A DNA stretch of 64,000 bases from Saccostrea cucullata (lineage: Eukaryota): contig NW_026939106.1 of assembly GCF_032062105.1 (NCBI RefSeq), positions 434,001-498,000 of the forward strand, in the 5' to 3' direction. A program made the position numbers and the translations under genes. The notes under the pieces were generated by a model that was not told where the DNA came from, did no database searches, and saw only the letters and a program-made list of their open reading frames with translations. Below, piece after piece: positions 15,001 to 24,000 of this stretch; position 1 is the stretch's first letter; every line of letters starts with the position of its first letter.

Positions 15001-18000
15001 ATTAATCCAACAGCTGAATCAAAAGATACGGATATGTCATGCCTTGCCAATTCAGTGAAAGAACAGTTAAAGAATATTTCTAGTAAGAAATTAATATATT
15101 GTAAGAAATTAATATACGTATAACATGAATTTGCATTTTCATCCCAGCATGATTAATATTTCTTATTCATAAAATTGGTTATACCAGCTGTAATTTAAAA
15201 GTCTGTTTATAGTTGTTAGGATGTAATATAAGAAATTCAAAGTGAGATATTTTTGTTTTGATGTGTAAATTTTAAAAGGAAGTAATGTATTACTCAAAGC
15301 TTTTTTTCACATATCACCTATTTTATAATATCAACAAAATACATTTCATGTTTTTGTGCATTTCTATTATGATCTTTGAATTGTTACAAAATTTCAAAAA
15401 GTTTCTACATCCAATTTGATTTTTTGCATCAACTTTTGTATCATACATGCATGTATTTTTACTGGATTTTAGTGTCTGACCACGGAACTCCAACTGTATC
15501 CCAGTTTCGAGAAAGTTTTGGACAGTTGCACCAGAAATTATCATGGATATTGAGCAGAGCACTAGAGGTCAAACTGAAAATCCAGCATGGACGGCTATGA
15601 GATATGGAATGCTTACAGCTTCTAATTTTCGTAAAATTTGCCAAGCAGTAGACAAGGGTCACTGCCCACCGTCACTTCTAAAATCAATCATGTTGAAATA
15701 CAACACAAGCATTTCTGTGCCTTCTATAAATTGGGGGTTAAAAAAAGAGAAAGTGGCTCGTGAGCTTTACACAAGGGCAAGTAGGTGTTTTCACAAGAGA
15801 GTGTGCGTCGAGGAAAAGGGTCTGTATGTCATGAGTGATTACCCTTTTATTGGTTGTAGTGTAGATGGAATTCTTTCTTGCCAGTGTCATGGAAAAAGAA
15901 TTTTTGAGATAAAATGCCCATTTTCATTAAAACATATGCATCCTAAAGAGGTTGCTGTTCAGAAAGGCTGTTCAGTTGTTGATAACATGTCTTTTGTCAC
16001 CGAGAAATCTGAATATTATCATCAGATGCAAGGTCAGATGGGTATTTATGGTATTCCACACTGTGATCTTGTCATTTATACAGAAAAAGGTATCCATGTT
16101 TCACAACTTCCATTTCATGAAGCATTTTTCAGAGATATGATAATGAAAATGAATGTTTTTTTTGATCGTTATTTATTTCAACAGTTGTTGACTGATGTAT
16201 CAAATATGGAATGAAAATTAAAATGAACATGATGAACTGTACTTTTTTTCACAGTTCCAGTAAAAAACACATGAGTATTAGTATATAGTTCTATACATTG
16301 TCTTGACCATAATTAGAAAACAACTGCCACAGCATATGATATCATTGATATGCCCTTCAAATACAATATATAAAGTTAACATTGCAAAAGAAAAAAAAAC
16401 AACTTTAACACAAATTTCTTATTTTTTCCATTCCTTATACTCAATGTGTATATCATGTGTTATTAGTAAGAACAAATAATTCATTACATCTTGATCGCTT
16501 GTGATAGTACAGTTTTAAAAAAATCCATGTGCATCTTTGTTCATTGTACATTTCATGAATCAATTGATAACAATGCTGAAGCTTAATAAAATGTCAGATA
16601 ACTAGTTATTATGTTTATTCTTTAGACTATTGAATTATTATTTTAGTGAGACACAGCACTATGCAATTTGTTAAAGAAATATAAAAAATAAAAAATACAT
16701 TATGCAACATCACATAAGTTATAATTACTTTACACCAAATTTATTTGAAATCTGTGGTAAGCCAGCAATAACTATTTAATAATCTGAAACAAACGATCAA
16801 CTGTAATAAAAGAGGCTAGATTTTCTCTGCTAAATATTCCCAGCACTTATCTGGCATACATTTCATATATGCTACATTATTTCACTAGCTGGTGGTCTAA
16901 ATTGCATAAAGCTGCACACAAGCATACTATCTGATCAATGATGGGCTTTAATTTAAGGGGTATAACACCCTGCAAAATGTTGAAACATTTAAGTCGACCA
17001 ATTGCCCTCTCTACATGTATTCTTGCCCTAGCTATGCGTCTTGTTTTTGTTACAGCTAAACCCGATAGTTGTCTGTTAAAAGCAAAGGGGGGAATGTTTA
17101 GCGTAGCTCCTTTTAGAGCCAGGTTTCCTCTTATCAAAAAGCCTTGATCTGCCATTATGTCATCCCCTCTTTCTATACATTCTAAAAATCCAGATTCTTC
17201 AACTATCCGTTTATCAGAGATGCTGCCAGTGAATAAACTAGACAAAAAGCAGATTGATCCTGTTGGGGTAATTGCAATTAATGACTTTAGAGTATTGTGG
17301 TGCTTATAAGATGACCAAGTAATTCTCTGTGAGGAAGGTAGACTGGGTTTTTGAATAAAAAACTCTGTGCAATCAATAATACACCTTGTGCTGGGGAAAT
17401 ATTTAAAACAACTTGGTAATTTTTGTGCAATTTGATTTCTAGTTGGCCATGAAATTAGAAATTTAAGTTCCAATGCAAGAAAAGTTGTCCATGTGAAAAA
17501 AATTTTACTGACAGTTCCAGCCTGTACACCAAAGATAGCACCCAACGTTTTTGTATCTATCCCTCTTCTGAGGCGCATCAGGGTCATCACCATTTCTTCT
17601 CGAATAGATAATAGTCTCTTTGACCCTCTCCTTTTCATCTAAAAATGTAGTATAGTTCTTGAAGAGTTCTATAAATGTCACTAACAATAAATACTAAATT
17701 TTAATTTAAGTTTAAAACTTAAACCTATTTTTCTATACACAATTTGAAAATTTTGAATATTATAAATTTATGTAAATACTTGAAAATCCTATGAAATGTG
17801 GATGATCAAATAAGGCAAGAATGTACAATTATATAATCCCTAGGAGTTAATATATTATCTTAATAAGAAGCAATAATACCTCATTATTTTCCAAGTTAGT
17901 TTCCTTTCCCCTCCAGTATGAAAGTCTGGCAGCTTTGTCTTTGAGCAAATTGAGCAACAGAAAGAAAATTCCAAGAGAAAGCCCTGTTATAATATTCATG

Positions 18001-21000
18001 GACATAAATTATTGTGAAAATTATATATCAAGAAAATACCGTACTAATTTATGCAAGCATCATAACAGTGTAGACAGCTTGATGCTAAATGAATAGTCTA
18101 AGATTTATTGAATTAAAATTAATTAAAAATAGATTTTGACATACCAGTGTAGAATTTACAGGATGCATCATTCTTCAGGACATCATTCATGACATGGCTT
18201 CTTCTCATACTGCCTTTGTCCTTCAGATGAATATCATCATATGCTGATAAATCTTCTAATGTAACATCAGTCTGACACTGTATACTGGTAGTGGAAACAG
18301 CTGTGGTGTTGGCTTTTGAGCAATATGAATGGTCAACTTAAAAAAAGAAAAATAAATTGGCCATTTTGAAGCAAGTAAATTTTGCCACCAGATTAAAACC
18401 AACCCTCAATCCCCCCCCCCCCCAAAAAAAAAAATATAGATCATTAATGTGATACCTTTGGGGATGTCATCCTTTCCTTCTATTACAGGCAACACTTCCA
18501 CATCTTCATTATGTATTTGTAGTACATCACAGTCATCACCACTTTGAATTCCTTCAACTTCTGAAGACATTTCTTCATGGGCACCCACATCCCAGCAAAA
18601 TACCTCTGATTAAAAAATGTTATTTTCTAGATGAATTATTAATTAAACCAAAATACATAACAGAAAAATTATTACTCAACAATACAACAGATCAATTTTA
18701 ATACTAGTATATAATGAGTGATATTCATTTGAACTTGCCACAAAGGTGATTTATAGATCATGTACCATTTTTTATTTTATTTTCCTGTGGTCCATTTCCG
18801 TTGTCAGTGTCAACTCTGGACAACACTCGTCTCTTTTTCCTGTATGCTCTCTCTATATCAAACGAAGTGCCTGATGCTGGCAACGGGTCTGGGTGCTCTT
18901 CAGTAGGCCTTCCAGATACAAAATGCTTGGAGCATATATAAGTGGACTTGTTTACATTAGCTACGGAGAAGTTTTTTCCTACCACACAGTTTCACCCACC
19001 TCTGGCATTTATCTGCCTGGGAAAACGGTTTTGGAAAAGGAATCCACGTTACTCCACTCATGTGCTGTCTTTCTGAATACCGTGAATCACTCTTACAGGT
19101 TCCCCAACAACAATGTTTAACCATACTGGCACTTTACGCAAACTATAGCTGTATCAGGTCAAATAAGCCGCGCGTCGTAATGTCTGGTATCGCTTAAAGC
19201 ATTGATAATTATGACGTCAGGGCTCCTTATATCATGTATAATTGGAAAATCGACTATTCCATAAAAGATATAAAACTGGGATAGGTTAACATTTTGTACT
19301 CATGCAGCTTATTCCGTAAAAGATGTAAAATACAGCTCATTCCGTAAAAAAAGATAAAAAATGCAGCTTATTCCATAAAAGATATAAAACTGGGATAGGT
19401 TAGCAATTTGTAATTATGCAGCTTATTCCGTAAAAGATTTTTAAAAATGCAGCTTATTCCGTAAAAGATATTAAAATGGGATACATTTTATTATCATGCA
19501 GCTTATTCCGTAAAAGATTTAAAATGCAGCTTATTCCGTGAAAGATATAAAACTGGATTAAGTGAACATTTTAAAATCTAACAGCTTATTCCATAAAAGA
19601 TATAAAATGCAGCTTATTCCGTGAAAGATATAAAACTGGGATAGGTTAATGTTTTTTAAATCATGCAGTTTATTTCGTAAAAGATATAAAACTGGGATAG
19701 GTTAGCAATTTGTAATCATGCAGCTTATTCCGTAAAAGATTTTTTAAAAAATGCAGCTTATTCCGTAAAAGATATAAAACTGGGATAGGTTAACATTTTG
19801 TACTAATTGTAGGCCTACAAATAATGTTTTGTACTTTGGTAGTATCTTTAAAAATAATAAAATTAACAGCTTTATCTTGGTCAGCACTAGCCATAAGCAT
19901 CATGCTGATTAGCAATTTACAGTTATTGATATCTTGCAGTAAGATACAGACAAAATTACCACTTATAACAAAACAGAAGATGATTAGGGAAAAGGTGTCA
20001 AACATCTGGCTTCATGCATTTAATATTGCTCGATTATCTAATTATTATTAATAAATTAGAAGTACCCCATGTATAACATATTAATTATTAAGTTATACTT
20101 ATAAAAAGTTGCAAAATAAAATACCAATTAAAGAAAATAATGTGTTTACTCCATCAATTACAGCAACATGCAGAAGAAGCTTTACTTTAGAATTATAAGT
20201 AGCCTTGTTTAATTTTTTCAACAAATATGAAGATCTGTCTTGGAAAAATGCTGCTGACTTTATCAGAACGTCTGTGTTGAACAAATGCCGCTGACTCTAC
20301 CAGAGGGGTCTGTCTTGGACAAATGCCGCTAAATGCCGCTGACTCTACCAGAGGGTCTCTCTTGGACAAATGCCGCAGACTCTACCAGAAGGTCTGTCTT
20401 GGACAAATGCTGCTAAATGCCGCTGACTCTACCAGAAGGTCTGTCTTGGACAAATGCCGCTAAATGCCGCTGACTCTGCCAGAAGGTCTCTCTTGGACAA
20501 ATGCCGCTAAATGCCGCTGACTCTGCCAGAGGGTGTGTCTTGGACAAATGCCGCTAAATGCCGCTGACTCTACCAGAGAGTCTGTCTTGGACAAATGCCG
20601 CTAAATGCCGCCGACTCTACCAGAGGGTCTGTCTTGGTAAAAATGCCGCTAAATGCCGCTGACTCTACCAGAGGGTCTCTCTTGGACAAATGCCGCTAAA
20701 TGCCGCTGACTCTATCAGAGGGTCTGTCTTGGACAAATGCCGCTAAATGCCGCTGACTCTACCAGAGGGTGTGTGTTTGACAAATGCCGCTAAATGCCGC
20801 TGACTCTACCAGAGGGTGTGTGTTTGACAAATGCCGCTAAATGCCGCTGACTCTACCAGAGGGTCTGTCTTGGACAAATGCCGCTAAATGCCGCTGACTC
20901 TACCAGAGGGTCTGTCTTGGACAAATGCCGCTAAATGCCGCTGACTCTACCAGAGGGTCTGTCTTGGACAAATGCCGCTAAATGCCGCTGACTCTACCAG

Positions 21001-24000
21001 AGGGTCTGTGTTGGACAAATGCCGCTAAATGCCGCTGACTCTGCCAGAAGGTCTCTCTTGGACAAATGCCGCTAAATGCCGCTGACTCTGCCAGAGGGTG
21101 TGTCTTGGACAAATGCCGCTAAATGCCGCTGACTCTGCCAGAGGGTGTGTCTTGGACAAATGCCGCTAAATGCCGCTGACTCTACCAGAAGGTCTGTGTT
21201 GGACAAATGCCGCTAAATGCCGCTGACTCTACCAGAGGGTCTGTGCTGGCCAAATGCCGCTAAATGCTGCTGACTCTACCAGAGGGTCTGTCTTGGACAA
21301 ATGCCGCTGACTCTACCAGAGAGTCTGTCTTGGACAAATGCCGCTAAATGCCGCTGACTCTACCAGAGGGTCTGTCTTGGACAAATGCTGCTAAATGCCG
21401 CTGACTCTACCAGAGGGTCTGTCTTGAACAAATGCCGCTAAATGCCGCTGACTCTGCCAGAGGGTGTGTCTTGGACAAATGCCGCTAAATGCCGCTGACT
21501 CTACCAGAGGGTCTCTCTTGGACAAATGCCGCTAAATGCCGCTGACTCTACCAGAGGGTGTGTGTTGGACAAATGCCGCTAAATGCCGCTGACTCTACCA
21601 GAGGGTCTGTGCTGGCCAAATGCCGCTAAATGCTGCTGACTCTACCAGAGGGTCTGTCTTGGACAAATGCAGCTAAATGCCGCTGACTCTACCAGAGGGT
21701 CTGTCTTGGACAAATGCTGCTAAATGCCGCTGACTCTACCAGAGGGTCTGTCTTGGACAAATGCCGCTAAATGCCGCTGACTCTACCAGAGGGTCTGTGT
21801 TGTACAAATGCCGCTAAATGCCGCTGACTCTGCCAGAAGGTCTCTCTTGGACAAATGCCGCTGACTCTGCCAGAGGGTGTGTCTTGGACAAATGCCGCTA
21901 AATGCCGCTGACTCTGCCAGAGGGTCTGTCTTGTAGAAATGCCGCTAAATGCCGCTGACTCTACCAGAAGGTCTGTGTTGGACAAATGCCGCTAAATGCC
22001 GCTGACTCTACCAGAGGGTCTGTGCTGGCCAAATGCCGCTAAATGCTGCTGACTCTACCAGAGGGTCTGTCTTGGACAAATGCAGCTAAATGCCGCTGAC
22101 TCTACCAGAGGGTCTGTCTTGGATAATTGCTGCTAAATGCCGCTGACTCTACCAGAGGGTCTGTCTTGGACAAATGCCGCTAAATGCCGCTGACTCTACC
22201 AGAGGGTCTGTGTTGTACAAATGCCGCTAAATGCCGCTGACTCTGCCAGAAGGTCTCTCTTGGACAAATGCCGCTGACTCTGCCAGAGGGTGTGTCTTGG
22301 ACAAATGCCGCTAAATGCCGCTGACTCTGCCAGAGGGTCTGTCTTGTAGAAATGCCGCTAAATGCCGCTGACTCTACCAGAAGGTCTGTGTTGGACAAAT
22401 GCCGCTAAATGCCGCTGACTCTACCAGAGGGTCTGTGCTGGCCAAATGCCGCTAAATGCTGCTGACTCTACCAGAGGGTCTGTCTTGGACAAATGCCGCT
22501 AAATGCCGCTGACTCTACCAGAGGGCCTGTGCTGGACAAATGCTGCTAAATGCCGCTGACTCTACCAGAGGGTCTGTCTTGGACAAATGCCGCTAAATGC
22601 CGCTGACTCTACCAGAGGGTCTGTCTTGGACAAATGCCGCTAAATGCCGCTGACTCTACCAGAGGGCCTGTGCTGGACAAAGCCGCTGAGTTTATCAGAG
22701 AGTCTGCCTTGGACAAATGCTGCTAAATGCAGCTGACTCTACCAGTGAGTCTGTGCTGGACAAATGTGATGGTATGATGTTGTTTGCCATGATTTTCGTG
22801 ACAACTTACATGAAGGAATAGCCTTCTTTCCTATTTTTTTTTTTTTTTTTTGTAGAAAATGATGTGGACGTTTTTGCGTATAAAAGTACGCCTGGCTAAG
22901 CGCATGCCGTTTGTTATGAATAAATTTAAAATATGTTCTTGTATTATACATGTTTACATGTTATGTAAACACCTTTTGGAAAATTTCTACATCACATTGG
23001 GTTGCGTCACCCATTATCATATTTTTAGATTAAGCATCACTCGGCACACCTCGGACGATTCCCACTTCATCTGATAAGATGATTTTCCCGAAGGGATTAT
23101 AAGCACATGGTTTGGTGTGTATTGAAATAATTGATTTTGTGTTTTAATTGGATAATATATCATGAAGTTGACAGAATCTAAGACAGTCGGTAAGTACAAA
23201 TTTAGGTATAGATAGGAGTAAAATAAACCGCAGATAAGGTTAAAGTTCAAAAGGGGTCAAAGATCATCGCATACCACAGTGGACGAATATTTCACATTGT
23301 GAAGTTATCTCCCGTTGTTGATGTGACATTTAGCTACTGGAGTAGATCCAGATTTTTTTTCGGGCGGGGGGGGGGGGTGTCACACCTCGGTCAAAAAAAT
23401 TCCTGACAAGCAAAGAAAAAAAATAACTTAAAAGAAATCAACAAAATAAAAACATTGATAGTGGAGTCGTGGGGTCAATGTTTTCTAGGGGGAGGATGTC
23501 CAAAGTCATTTTTTATTTGCTTCAGTATATGTACAGTCTAATTCAAATAACAATTCAAATTCCAAAGGAGGGGGGTTACAATCTCCCTAGCCACTCCCTG
23601 TCTCTGAAATTACAATAGAACTTGTGACTCCAAAATAGTAGATTTTTTTTCCATTTGACTATAAATATATACATATTTTATTTCTTGTATTTATATTATG
23701 TCTGTCTGTTTGTCCGCAGAAACTTTAACCTTGCCCATAAGTTAAGCTTTAAGTGGGATGGGCTATACACATGGCTTCCACATTTCATAGATTAATTCCT
23801 TGTGACAAGACCTTTTATTTGGGTGCCACCAATTTTGACCTCTTGACCTTGACCTTGGATTTTTACCCATTTTTATCAAACTCTAAACTTGGCCTTATTT
23901 GGGTGCCACCAATTTTGACCTCTTGACCTTGACCTTGGATTTTTACCCATTTTTATCAAACTCTAAACTTGGCCTAAGTTTTGATCAGTAGGTGCTAGAG

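Larger units (their letters stand above)
13482..19255. mobile_element. Nest layer 6: ISL2EU (PIF/Harbinger-related) two-gene DNA transposon, 5774 bp
   Basis: 15-bp TIRs AGTCCGTTTTCCAAT / ATTGGAAAATCGACT (13/15 match) and an AT TSD at 13480-13481 and 19256-19257. It encodes a THAP+DDE_Tnp_4 transposase and a YqaJ exonuclease, the known ISL2EU gene pair. Confidence 0.9.
13372..19800 (+). repeat. Tandem array of ATGCAGCTTATTCCGTAAAAGATATAAA units (13372-13481 + 19256-19800), split by the ISL2EU insertion
   Basis: The same short units, with occasional ACTGGGATAGGTTAAC linkers, lie on both sides of the transposon. Confidence 0.9.
12585..20227 (+). repeat. ~400-bp imperfect direct repeat pair (12585-13008 and 19828-20227)
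   Basis: TTTGTACTTTGGTAGTAT...AACAGAAGATGATTAGGGAAAAGGTGTCAAACATCTGGCTTCATGCATT...AGAAGAAGCTTTACTTT is present twice. Confidence 0.9.
11377..22815. mobile_element. Nest layer 5: foldback-type element with short TIRs and long inverted 47-bp arrays
   Basis: TIR CTTCATGTAAG(AA/TT)GTCACGAAA at 11377-11398 and 22794-22815, each adjacent to an oppositely oriented satellite array. The TSD is not clean (TA on the left, GA on the right). Confidence 0.75.
9978..22906. mobile_element. Nest layer 4: non-autonomous TIR element with 5-bp TSD (hAT5-like by inference)
   Basis: Left end CAGGGGCGTAGCCAGGGTAC; the right end reverse-complements to CATGCGCTTAGCCAGGCGTAC. TSD CCGTT at 9973-9977 and 22907-22911. 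Removing the element restores continuity with copy A1. Confidence 0.8.

Noticed and set aside
12585-20227. Direct repeats as LTRs
   Set aside because: No TG..CA termini, primer-binding site, TSD or gag/pol sequence is visible.
21767-22398. Two identical 72-aa ORFs
   Set aside because: They are by-products of the satellite higher-order duplication.
11425-22765. CRISPR-like system (repeat arrays flanking a Cas4-like PD-(D/E)xK nuclease and an integrase-like gene)
   Set aside because: Units are contiguous 47-mers with only point variants and no unique spacers. The genes have spliceosomal introns and sit in their own TIR/TSD-bounded ISL2EU element inserted secondarily.
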